Assembly (NCBI GenBank): GCA_965197475.1
Contig: CBDANF010000003.1
Coordinates: 3,008,001 to 3,072,000 of the forward strand
Length of the DNA: 64,000 nt
Source of the DNA: Candidatus Poribacteria bacterium
Lineage (GTDB): Bacteria; Poribacteria; WGA-4E; WGA-3G
Reading direction: 5' to 3'
Program-made: the position numbers and the translations under genes
The notes under the pieces: model-generated
Databases searched by the model: none
What the model was told of the DNA's origin: nothing
What the model saw: the letters and a program-made list of their open reading frames with translations, nothing else
In this document: positions 8,703 through 18,007 of the stretch, one piece after another
How the letters are laid out: each line of letters begins with the position of its first letter
How positions within the stretch are numbered: position 1 is the first letter of the stretch

Positions 8703-11099
8703 TTACGAATGCAAAGGTGTTTGCCATGCGGATTTGAGGTTATCTATTGAAGTATCCACAATTCGCTTGCCTGTTAATCCATTGATGACAAATTCTGGTG
8801 TTTCTGTAACGGTGCCTAAACAACCAAGTGGCACTTCAGCCATGTGATTTTCAAAAGCATCTTGGAGTTGTTGTTCAATTTCAACAATAAAACGGCTATT
8901 TGATTCTGAAAATAACAGAAAATCGTCAAAAGGAATTTCTGCTCCGGTCGGGACGTTGTCAAGATTTAATGACATGCCGTAACCACCCGAAAATGCCATT
9001 TCCGCTGCTGCAACACCGATACCGCCTTCAGAACAATCATGACAGGAACGCACCAAACCACTATTGATCGCAGCACTGAGTGTTTCCATAGTCAACTTTC
9101 CCTCACTCGGACGCACAATAGGCGCGGTGTTACCGATAAAATCGTGGATATCAAAGTAGTGAGAACCGCCTAATTCAGCATAGGTATTTCCAACAACATA
9201 AATCAGATTACGAGGGGATTTCACATCCATAGTAACTGCTTTACGAATATCCGGCAGGACACAGATTGCTGAAATGAGCAACGTCGAAGGAATTGCACGT
9301 TGCTCACCGGTTGTTGTATCACGGTATTCATTGTAAAGGCTATCTTTCCCAGAGATGAACGGTGTCCCGTAAGCAGTTGCAATGTCATAACATGCCTTCG
9401 CCGCACGCACTAACGCACCAAGCCGATCCGGTTTATCAGGGTTTCCCCAACAGAAATTATCCAGCAAAGCCGTCTTTTCAAGTGTTCCGCCGACAGCGAC
9501 TATGTTTCGGAGTGCCTCATCAATTGCCGATGCCGCACTGAGATACGCATCAACATCGCTGTATTTTGGGTTAATACCGTTCGCAACAATGACTGCCTTC
9601 CGATTTCCTAAGACTGGTGTCGCAACGCACGCATCGCTCGGTCCGTCGTTTTTGACTCCAACGAGAGGTTTGACAACTATACCCCCTTGCACCTCGTGAT
9701 CATACTGACGGATAACAGATTCTTTGCTTGCTATATTTGGACTTGCAAGGAGTTTACAAAGGTCTTCTGTATAGGATTCGGTTTGTCTATCTCGCGACGG
9801 CATTTCAGGGTGTTGTGGCGGTTGCCAAACAGCTTTTTTGACATGTTGCGGCAAGCCTTTATGCAGAAATTCCATATCCAAATCCGCTACCACTGCACCT
9901 TCATAAAAAACCTGCAACCTGTGAGTATCTGTGAAACTGCCAAGGACGGTTGCCTCAACCATTTCTGCTTCACAAATTTCCATCAGTTCCTGCAGATTTT
10001 CAGGTGGCACAGCGATTACCATCCGTTCTTGTGCTTCCGACAACCAGATTTCCCACGGTTCCAATCCCTCGTATTTTAGAGGGACCCGTTCCAGATGAAC
10101 CTCTGCGCCTGTGTCTTCTCCCATTTCACCCACAGCAGATGAGAACCCACCTGCACCGCAGTCAGTTATAGAACGGTACAGGTTTCGATCGCGTGCCTGT
10201 AACAGTGCATCAACTATCTTCTTCTCCATAATGGGGTTGCCGATTTGAACAACACTGCCGAGGTTTTCTGAAGTATCGTCCAATTCTGCCGAGGAGAAGG
10301 TCGCACCGTGAATTCCATCGCGACCAGTGCGACCACCAAGCGCAACAACAAGATCACCGGGTTCAACAGATTTATCACATCTGTCTCTTGGTATCAAACC
10401 GACGTTTCCACAAAAGACGAGGGGGTTTGCAGTATAACGTGTGTCAAAAAGAATAGCACCGTTTGCGGTAGGAATTCCCATCCGGTTACCGTAGTCGCGA
10501 ACACCAGCAACGACACCCTTCAACACGCGTTTAGGGTGGAGTGTCCCCTTCGGCAACTTCTCATAAGGTGTATCCGGCATACCGAAACAGAAAACATCTG
10601 TATTCAGAATCGGTTTTGCCCCCAGTCCAGTGCCGAGTGAGTCTCGGATAACGCCACCAATACCGGTGCCTGCTCCGCCATAAGGTTCAATCGCTGATGG
10701 ATGATTGTGCGTTTCCACCTTAAATACAAGATTGAAATTTTCATCAAATTCAATAATGCCCGCATTGTCTGAAAAAACGGAGACACACCAAGGTTTGTCG
10801 ATCTCCTCAGTTGCGCGTTGAATATAGGTTGGAAACAAACCATCAATTCGCTCCGTTTCCTTGCCCTCTTCAGAGTAAAGAATCATGCTTTTAAAGGTTT
10901 TGTGAACGCAATGCTCCGACCACGTTTGCGCAATAGTCTCAAGCTCTACATCGGTTGGATTGCGTTGCAGTGCTGCAAAATGGGTCTGAATAGTCTGCAT
11001 CTCGTTTAGATTTAGGGACAACGTGCCTTCTTGACTGATACGCATCAATTCAGTATCATCTGCATTCAAAATTTTAAATTCATTAACCTTATTGGACAT
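8703..11099 (-). CDS. purL: Phosphoribosylformylglycinamidine synthase II
   Basis: WSEHCVHK, KVETHNHPSAIEPYGGAGTG, GRDGIHGA, DCGAGG, SEAQERM, QYDHEV; likely start ATG 11099 after GGAGA. Confidence 0.95.
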   Translation of the reverse strand: MSNKVNEFKILNADDTELMRISQEGTLSLNLNEMQTIQTHFAALQRNPTDVELETIAQTWSEHCVHKTFKSMILYSEEGKETERIDGLFPTYIQRATEEIDKPWCVSVFSDNAGIIEFDENFNLVFKVETHNHPSAIEPYGGAGTGIGGVIRDSLGTGLGAKPILNTDVFCFGMPDTPYEKLPKGTLHPKRVLKGVVAGVRDYGNRMGIPTANGAILFDTRYTANPLVFCGNVGLIPRDRCDKSVEPGDLVVALGGRTGRDGIHGATFSSAELDDTSENLGSVVQIGNPIMEKKIVDALLQARDRNLYRSITDCGAGGFSSAVGEMGEDTGAEVHLERVPLKYEGLEPWEIWLSEAQERMVIAVPPENLQELMEICEAEMVEATVLGSFTDTHRLQVFYEGAVVADLDMEFLHKGLPQHVKKAVWQPPQHPEMPSRDRQTESYTEDLCKLLASPNIASKESVIRQYDHEVQGGIVVKPLVGVKNDGPSDACVATPVLGNRKAVIVANGINPKYSDVDAYLSAASAIDEALRNIVAVGGTLEKTALLDNFCWGNPDKPDRLGALVRAAKACYDIATAYGTPFISGKDSLYNEYRDTTTGEQRAIPSTLLISAICVLPDIRKAVTMDVKSPRNLIYVVGNTYAELGGSHYFDIHDFIGNTAPIVRPSEGKLTMETLSAAINSGLVRSCHDCSEGGIGVAAAEMAFSGGYGMSLNLDNVPTGAEIPFDDFLLFSESNSRFIVEIEQQLQDAFENHMAEVPLGCLGTVTETPEFVINGLTGKRIVDTSIDNLKSAWQTPLHS

Positions 11100-11249
11100 T
11101 ACTTTCTCCGTTATTTCCAAAGTTAAGCCACAGCCAAGCTGCAATGTTGGACACATCCAGAAGCGAAGCTAAAACGCAAGGATAGACCGGGACCTGCTAA
11201 AGAAAGATTTCGCTGCTTGATAAATCCACGTGTCGTTTTTGTCTCTGTT

Positions 11250-11501
11250 TTATTCTGAGTGTTCGTTATGGTTTTCATCTTCGGCGAGTGCATCAACTTC
11301 TGTCCGAAGTTCCTCAGGCGTTTGGGTAGTGGCGGCTTTCTCAAAGAGCATTTCAAGCCGGTTGCGGTCATCAAGTCTGCGAATCGTTTCAGCAAGTGGT
11401 TCTGACACATTGTGAAATCGGAGTTGTACGAGTTTGAGAATATATTCGCGTTTGGTTCGCGTTTCGCCTTGTTGTAAGTAATGTTCAGCCATGCTCTGCA
11501 T
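11250..11501 (-). CDS. Small C-terminal Rpn ORF (RpnS-like, 83 aa)
   Basis: Internal AAGGAG 9 nt upstream of ATG (MQSMAEHY...), open to the stop at 11250. Confidence 0.5.
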   Translation of the reverse strand: MQSMAEHYLQQGETRTKREYILKLVQLRFHNVSEPLAETIRRLDDRNRLEMLFEKAATTQTPEELRTEVDALAEDENHNEHSE

Positions 11502-11680
11502 GAGTTGTTTCTCCTTCTCTGAGATGTCCAAAAACGGATGGTTTTCAGAAACTATTTGATCTAACACCGGCCGCTCATCAATCGGACGTCTGTGTTTTCT
11601 AATAACCATTTCGCGCTTCGGTCCGGAAACTGTTCGACACGTGTTTTTAAAGCCTCGAGTAGATCGTTGATGTCTAACAT
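11250..11680 (-). pseudogene. Internally deleted Rpn/YhgA-like (PD-(D/E)XK) gene: N-terminal ~30 codons joined out of frame to the C-terminal domain
   Basis: From ATG 11680: MLDINDLLEALKTRVEQFPDRSAKWLLEN, then frame switch to HRRP...MQSMAEHYLQQGETRTKREYILKLVQLRF...LEMLFEKAAT (DUF4351/Rpn C-terminus-like); nuclease core absent. Confidence 0.6.
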
Positions 11681-11815
11681 AGTGATATTTTACTAATTTC
11701 CTCCCTTTCCGCGCTGGTGTTTCCTTTTTTATATTATACGGTTTCTCGCTTGTTTTCTCAAGTTTTTTGTGTTAGAGTTACCACTTTGTCCGGAATATAA
11801 ACACAACCAATAACC

Positions 11816-12043
11816 TTACGTTTCAGTTATCTCAGCAGGCAGATTATCAATAATCCGAGCAGATTCCACACTCACATAAACAATATGCTTAATTGCCGCA
11901 ACCAAATCGCGCGGACCGGCAAACCAACCGTTTGGGTCGTTGACGATGCCGCTGTCCTTATATGTTTTATATAGTCCCGAACAATTAACTATCTCAGAGC
12001 GATGTGCATCTTCTGGAATATCTGAATTTAAGTGTGCCATCAT
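11816..12043 (-). pseudogene. Displaced, diverged copy of the Type ISP RM gene 3' end
   Basis: SDIPEDAHR..IVN...KDSGIVNDPNGWFAGPRDLVAAI..I..VSVES.RII.NLPAEITET aligns with the C-terminus of 13007-17830. Confidence 0.85.
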
Positions 12044-12999
12044 ATCTCGACCCGATAGGCCATTTGTTCTTTCAGATGCCATAAGAGTGCCCTCACACCG
12101 TCAACAGTGGTTTCGGCTTCCATTAGTTCGGGGAGATTGTTGACGGTGCACTCAGGGTCATCCATTGGTGCCGTGATATAATGCATAACTTGTATGGGTG
12201 TCCAATATGGGAAATCACCGTAAATCGTATGTTCTATTTCATCAGAAAACCAATCACTTTGTCGAATTTCTACCATTTCAGCGAGATTGCTCTGTATTCC
12301 GAAATCCATCAGCGAGATGACGTGTAATTGTTGATTGCCATTGCGCGTTTGGTCATATTGTGTTTGGTATTCGTATACTTGATCAAGGAGTTCTTTGGCT
12401 TTCTGGTTCCAAGGGTGATTGTTAAGTAATAAATGAATAGGTTTACAAGTATACGAAAGACCTTCTAACGTTTGTTTTTCATTCACGTGTGCCGGTGGAT
12501 GGGTCGGAAAAAGTGCTAATTGTTGGCTGTCTTTCTCGTACTGAACTGATTCTAACAATTTTTGCCAGTGTTCACACTGAGTCGCAATGTCTTCCAATAC
12601 TTTGTCTTTTTCGGTTTCTTCCATCTCATGCACGGCATAATAATTTCCCCAGTTACTGCAGAAATCCATGAAATCTTTCAATGTAAATTGTTGAATTTCA
12701 GATATTTCGTATCGTTTTTTCATCCAATCTAAGTATGAATCGGGTTTAGGAAGGAGCACGAGCAATTGATAGAGTTTATCCAGAAGGTTAATGTCTATAA
12801 GGTAAAAAGCATCATTTTTCTCTTCATTTTCAAGTTCGGAAAATAATTCTCTTATTGAGTTATTGCGCGATAATTTGTATGGGTGGAGTGTAAGGAGTGC
12901 CTCAAGGCGTTCTATTGGTTCGCGAAGCGCGTCAAGTTCTTTCCTAAACTCTTTTTTCCATTCTTCATGTGTCATATCTACTTCCTTCATTATCTGCAT
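12040..12999 (-). CDS. Hypothetical protein (cargo between the Type ISP gene and its displaced 3' end)
   Basis: 319-aa ORF starting 7 bp after the ISP stop; no family recognised. Confidence 0.7.
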   Translation of the reverse strand: MQIMKEVDMTHEEWKKEFRKELDALREPIERLEALLTLHPYKLSRNNSIRELFSELENEEKNDAFYLIDINLLDKLYQLLVLLPKPDSYLDWMKKRYEISEIQQFTLKDFMDFCSNWGNYYAVHEMEETEKDKVLEDIATQCEHWQKLLESVQYEKDSQQLALFPTHPPAHVNEKQTLEGLSYTCKPIHLLLNNHPWNQKAKELLDQVYEYQTQYDQTRNGNQQLHVISLMDFGIQSNLAEMVEIRQSDWFSDEIEHTIYGDFPYWTPIQVMHYITAPMDDPECTVNNLPELMEAETTVDGVRALLWHLKEQMAYRVEI

Positions 13000-13006
13000 T
13001 CCTATT

Positions 13007-16000
13007 TTAGGTTTCAGTTGTTGTAATTTCAGCCGGTAAGTTGTTAATGATGCGGGTGGATTGGACGCTGATGTGGATGATGCGGGCGATTGCCGTGACT
13101 AAATCGCGCGGATCAGCAAACCAACCGTTCGGGTCATTGACGATGCCGCTGTCCTTGTCTGTTTTTATATAATAGCGGTCAATGAACCACTCCAGCGGTG
13201 ATCTGCCGTTGACGATATAGCGGTAAGCGTCTTCTGGGATACCGGATAAGCGAACATTCGTATTGATGTCAAGCTGTCTTTTCATATCAGGCCCATAACG
13301 CATCGCTTTTTCAGTTAGTAGGAATAGGTTTGGGTCCGCATCTTCAAGGTCTGTTGGTGATGAGGACATATTCGGAAACTCAACTCTGAGCGGGTATTGT
13401 TCACACGTCTCGTAATTGAGGTGGAATTCTGCCAATTTATATCCTGCGTCAGCAAAGGCAGTGAAGTCTGGGGCATAAGGGATACGCGGTAACATTTTGG
13501 ACAGATCATTTGCGAACTGTTCTCGGTAGCTGGGGGCGTGCAGGATACCGTAAACATAATAGAAGATTTCATCTTTGGTAATTTTATCCGTTCTATAATG
13601 TTTTTGGAATGCCTTAAGTGCGGTATCTGATATATTGTCAATACGATCAGGTGTGTCGTCAACATCAAGAAGTGATTCTGATGCGTCTGGTGTATCCGAT
13701 GGTTTCGGATATTGGTAGCGTGGAAAACATCGCGTGGCTTCATTGAAACCGAGATCTGGCATGGTATCAACCATGAGAGTGGAAAAATCCTTTTTTGAAC
13801 CCTTCCCAGGGGTACAGATGACAAGATTTTCACTGGTACTCTCAGGGAACATCTGGTTCATCTGGTATGCGCGAGATATGAAAGTATGATCAGCGTAACA
13901 ATTAGTGGTAACAAATGGTCGGTACGCTACATTTCGTATGTAGTTGACATTGAATTCTGTTTCTATTCTCGTCATCCGATTTATAAGTTCATCAGACCAC
14001 TTTATATTTGATGATTGACGTTGTGCTGCTTCGTCTGCAGTAAGATCAGAATTATCACTCATATCAGAACGGGCTGCAAGATAATCTTGGGTCATCCTCA
14101 AAGCGATTTCTGCACAAGTATCCTTTGTAAAATTGTATATGTATGCGTCTCTGGTCGTTTCTAATCCTCTCACATATAATCTAAATATCGCATTATCCGC
14201 TTTACCTTTCTTTGTATCCTCCGAACCCATTGGATAGAAATTTGCAAACGCTTCATTGCGTTGGTCAATCCAGTCGTTGTGTTTATCGGGTGTGATGGTG
14301 TCCCAATCAGTAAATCCCGAGATTGACTCCACCTCGCGTAATTCCTCCAACTTCTTCTGGCGTGTGAGGTAGTCGCCGATGTCGCGGTATTGTATTTTGC
14401 AGCCTTCGTGTGTTGCGTTCGGATTTTTGACAAGAATTGAAATACCGACAGGTGCACGTGAACCACTACCAAAGATTTTACCCCCTTCTTGTCGTGAACG
14501 TTCTCCTTGTGTACGCTGATTTCCTCGTAAATGTAATATGTGAATCGAACTAAACTCCTCTACTAAGCACGCTCGAATACCTGCATCTGTGTTACTATCA
14601 ATCCATGATCCGTTCGTGACAAAGGCAATGATACCCTGTTCGCCAATTCTATCGGATGCCCACCGGATTGCCATTTTGTATGTATCGTAAAGACTCCTTT
14701 TATTCGTTGTTGTAGCATACACTAAATATGTCTCTTTGATACGTTCTTCAAGATCAATATATTCCACATTCGGATTGTCATCTGTAGATCTTCTCTGTCC
14801 GATTGACCATGGGGGATTGCCAACTATGACTTGGATTGGCAGTTTCTGTTGACGTTCGGCGCGTGTGCTGTTGTCTGGCAGCCACTCTTTCGGGAAAAGT
14901 GTAGGTTCGTCTTCTTTTTTGTTCAGATTGAAGGTGTCTGCCAAGACAATACCGTTGAAAGGTTCGTAGGTGCTATCTTCTCCGCGCCGTCCGCGGAATG
15001 TCTCCTCTATGTTGACGGTGGCGATGTAGTATGCCAGCAGGACGATCTCGTTTGCGTGGAGTTCTTCGCGATATTTGCGTTCAAGATCGACATCTTGGAT
15101 AATATCGGACTGCAGCAGGCGTGTGAGAAAAATGCCAGTGCCAGTGAACGGATCCAGCACATGCACACCCTCATCGGTTAAGCCTCGTCCAAACTCATCT
15201 TGCAACACCTCATTGGCACTGTGCAAGATAAAATCCACAACCTCAACTGGTGTGTAGACGATACCGAGTCGTTCAACTTCCTTTTTCAATGCGGTTACGA
15301 AAAACTTCTCGTAGAGTTCTAACAGCACACGTTGACGTGCTTCGCTATTGTCAAGTCCACGGGCGCGATTCTGGACGCTTTCGTAAAATCCTTCTAAATC
15401 GCGCGTTTCGTTCTCAAGTCCGAATTCGCCAAAATCGTTTTGGAGTTTGTTCAGTGCGTTTGCTACTGGGTTGCCGGACGCAAAATCGTAGTTCTCAAAG
15501 AGTGCTTCGAAAACGGGGCGGGTGATAATGTGCTGTGCCATCATATCAATAGCACTCTCACGGGTGATTGAGTCGTTGATCGTTTCTGTCAACTCGCTAT
15601 GGAAATCATCAAACCACTCTTGCAGCGCATTATTTTCAGGATCCTCTAATAGATTTTCAATCCGTCCAACGAGTCGCTTGAAAATATCTGCGACATCTTT
15701 TGCCCAACTTTCCCAGTATCTTCTGTCGCCGCATTTTTCTACAATCTTAGCGAAAATTGCATCGGCGGGAATACCGATCGGCAGCGTCAACTGCTCAGGG
15801 TCTAAAGTTCCTTCTCTATATTCACCATCGCCATTTTCCTCTTCAATGATAATAATTTCAGTTGGTTCGGTGTTAAGGTCAATTTTATTGATTTCGGCAT
15901 TCAGTCTGTCATCGTGTGAACGGAGTGCGCGGAGGACACCCCACACCGCGGCAAATCTTTCATTATCGTTGAGTGCTTCAACAGGGTCTACACCTGTCGG

Positions 16001-17830
16001 AATTGCGACCGGCAATATGATGTATCCATACGCTTTATTGGGTGCTTTTCGCATTACACGCCCGACTGCCTGAACAATGTCAACGTGTGAGTTTCTCGGT
16101 GTCATGAAAAGCACAGCATCAAGCGCGGGAACGTCAATACCTTCAGAGAGGCATCTCGCATTAGAGAGAATACGGCAAACGCCTTCAGAATCGCCTTTTA
16201 GCCATTCAATTAGCTTTTTTCGTTCAAGTGCGTTATTTTTACCATCAACGTGTGCGGTTTCGCATGTGAAATTTTGTGGACGTTGATCTTCTGGTACCTT
16301 TTCAATAGCAGTTTCTATGATGCCGTTCCAATGTTCAACAAGGTTTTCTGACGACTTGATGGTGTTTGTGAATGCGATGGCGCGGGTGAGCGGTGTGATA
16401 GAATCGTCGTTTGGTGATTTTCTTTCGGGGTTCTGTAGTGCGCGCCAACATCCCACTATCTTTGTCGCGTCGTTAATGTTAACCTCACTGCCGCCATTAC
16501 TGAGATAGTTGTGTAGCGTATCTTGCACACCTTGTTCGGACATGGCGAGCACTACAACCTTATAGTCGGAGAGTAGGTCTTGTTCTACTGCTTTGGAGAA
16601 GGGGAGTCGGTGAAATTCGGGACCGTATATGTTCGGATCGTCCATAGAATACACGTCAATATCGTGTTTTGCTGCTTTTGTTTTCGCACTTTCAGTATAA
16701 AGACGAGGTGTCGCAGTCATATAGAGGCGTTTTTTAGCACGGATACGATCATTATCATGGACAAGTACAAAAGGCGATGTATCATCATCAAGTCTATCAA
16801 CACCAGTGGTTCTGTGTCCTTCATCGCAAAAGATAATATCAAAAGCGGGGACACCAGTGTTCTGTGCTTCTTCCACTTTAGGCAGTGAATGATAGGTGCA
16901 GAAAACAACTCTCATATTACCTTCATCGCTTTTTTGTAGTGCTTCAGAGATAACGGTTTCATCAGTGGTAACAGGGAATTCCAATTCCATGAGGGTAGCG
17001 TCTTCGTTCGCTTTTCCTGCTTTTGTATCGGAGCATATACCGATGTAGCGATGTGAAATTTTCTGCTGTTCTGCCCATTCACGCATTGCCTGTGCAAAAA
17101 GTCCGATGGAAGGGACAAGATATAATACCCTGCCGCCGACACCAGCAATCTTTTCAGCGATTCGGAGTGCGGTGAAGGTTTTCCCTGTGCCGCATGCCAT
17201 AATCATTTTACCGCGGTCGGATTCTTGAAAACCTTTGGTAACATCGTCAAACGCTGCTTTCTGATGTTCCCGCAGACTGAACGTTTCCAGTTGATAGTTT
17301 AGTTGGTCTGGTTCTTGTAGGCTGAGGTCGGGCCACTGAACGGGTCGACTTGCGAGGTCTGCTGCACTGATCCGTTGGCATGGGGGTTCTAATCCATCAA
17401 TGGCTTTTAGTAGGTTTTTACTCCAGCTTTTCCCAGTATCAACAAAAATACGTGCTGTAAAGGGTTGACGATTAGATTGTGAAATGAACGTATCAATATC
17501 GGATTTTGATACCCGTTTGTCTTCTGCATAGCACTTGCACTGGATAGCACAAATACCATTATTACGTTCTATTGCGACAAGGTCAATGCCTAAATCAGTA
17601 CGAGTGAACCCTGGTTGGTTCGCCGCCCATTCTGCCCATAGATACACTTCCGAAAACCGCTTTTTATAGAAAGGGTCTTCAAGGAGATATGCTCTTACTA
17701 ATCGTTCGAATAGTCTGCCTTTTCCAAATTGTGTGTTGGCGTTTTGACAGATGTAATTAAGCGCGTCATAGAATCCGTTGTCTGACTCTTCGTTTCCGAT
17801 GAATAAGGACATCTGTCTTGCATCTGACAT
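13007..17830 (-). CDS. Type ISP restriction-modification enzyme (Mrr-like nuclease, SF2 helicase, N6-adenine MTase, TRD; LlaGI/LlaBIII-like)
   Basis: GIDLVA...IQCKCY nuclease; MACGTGKT, DEGHRT, TATPR, QAVGRVMRK helicase; LDPFTGTG and GNPPW MTase; LRGNQRT and IVNDPN conserved blocks. Confidence 0.92.
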   Translation of the reverse strand: MSDARQMSLFIGNEESDNGFYDALNYICQNANTQFGKGRLFERLVRAYLLEDPFYKKRFSEVYLWAEWAANQPGFTRTDLGIDLVAIERNNGICAIQCKCYAEDKRVSKSDIDTFISQSNRQPFTARIFVDTGKSWSKNLLKAIDGLEPPCQRISAADLASRPVQWPDLSLQEPDQLNYQLETFSLREHQKAAFDDVTKGFQESDRGKMIMACGTGKTFTALRIAEKIAGVGGRVLYLVPSIGLFAQAMREWAEQQKISHRYIGICSDTKAGKANEDATLMELEFPVTTDETVISEALQKSDEGNMRVVFCTYHSLPKVEEAQNTGVPAFDIIFCDEGHRTTGVDRLDDDTSPFVLVHDNDRIRAKKRLYMTATPRLYTESAKTKAAKHDIDVYSMDDPNIYGPEFHRLPFSKAVEQDLLSDYKVVVLAMSEQGVQDTLHNYLSNGGSEVNINDATKIVGCWRALQNPERKSPNDDSITPLTRAIAFTNTIKSSENLVEHWNGIIETAIEKVPEDQRPQNFTCETAHVDGKNNALERKKLIEWLKGDSEGVCRILSNARCLSEGIDVPALDAVLFMTPRNSHVDIVQAVGRVMRKAPNKAYGYIILPVAIPTGVDPVEALNDNERFAAVWGVLRALRSHDDRLNAEINKIDLNTEPTEIIIIEEENGDGEYREGTLDPEQLTLPIGIPADAIFAKIVEKCGDRRYWESWAKDVADIFKRLVGRIENLLEDPENNALQEWFDDFHSELTETINDSITRESAIDMMAQHIITRPVFEALFENYDFASGNPVANALNKLQNDFGEFGLENETRDLEGFYESVQNRARGLDNSEARQRVLLELYEKFFVTALKKEVERLGIVYTPVEVVDFILHSANEVLQDEFGRGLTDEGVHVLDPFTGTGIFLTRLLQSDIIQDVDLERKYREELHANEIVLLAYYIATVNIEETFRGRRGEDSTYEPFNGIVLADTFNLNKKEDEPTLFPKEWLPDNSTRAERQQKLPIQVIVGNPPWSIGQRRSTDDNPNVEYIDLEERIKETYLVYATTTNKRSLYDTYKMAIRWASDRIGEQGIIAFVTNGSWIDSNTDAGIRACLVEEFSSIHILHLRGNQRTQGERSRQEGGKIFGSGSRAPVGISILVKNPNATHEGCKIQYRDIGDYLTRQKKLEELREVESISGFTDWDTITPDKHNDWIDQRNEAFANFYPMGSEDTKKGKADNAIFRLYVRGLETTRDAYIYNFTKDTCAEIALRMTQDYLAARSDMSDNSDLTADEAAQRQSSNIKWSDELINRMTRIETEFNVNYIRNVAYRPFVTTNCYADHTFISRAYQMNQMFPESTSENLVICTPGKGSKKDFSTLMVDTMPDLGFNEATRCFPRYQYPKPSDTPDASESLLDVDDTPDRIDNISDTALKAFQKHYRTDKITKDEIFYYVYGILHAPSYREQFANDLSKMLPRIPYAPDFTAFADAGYKLAEFHLNYETCEQYPLRVEFPNMSSSPTDLEDADPNLFLLTEKAMRYGPDMKRQLDINTNVRLSGIPEDAYRYIVNGRSPLEWFIDRYYIKTDKDSGIVNDPNGWFADPRDLVTAIARIIHISVQSTRIINNLPAEITTTET

Positions 17831-17868
17831 ATAGGTTTCCTGTTTTCAAAAAATTGTGTTAACGATCT

Positions 17869-17982
17869 TCATTCCTTAAACGAAGCAGTAACCCGTGGAA
17901 TACTCTCCTCACAGGCAAACCGTTCGATGCTGGATGCACCAACAAACCCAACGGTATCTGTATTCTCATTGATATATGCAGC
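17869..17982 (-). repeat. Direct repeat copy 3 of the last 114 bp of the TIM-barrel gene (24549-24662)
   Basis: 9/114 mismatches to the gene by eye (7 synonymous, 2 non-synonymous); includes the stop codon. Confidence 0.95.
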
Positions 17983-18007
17983 AACCATTTTAGGCGTTAT
18001 TTCTCCG

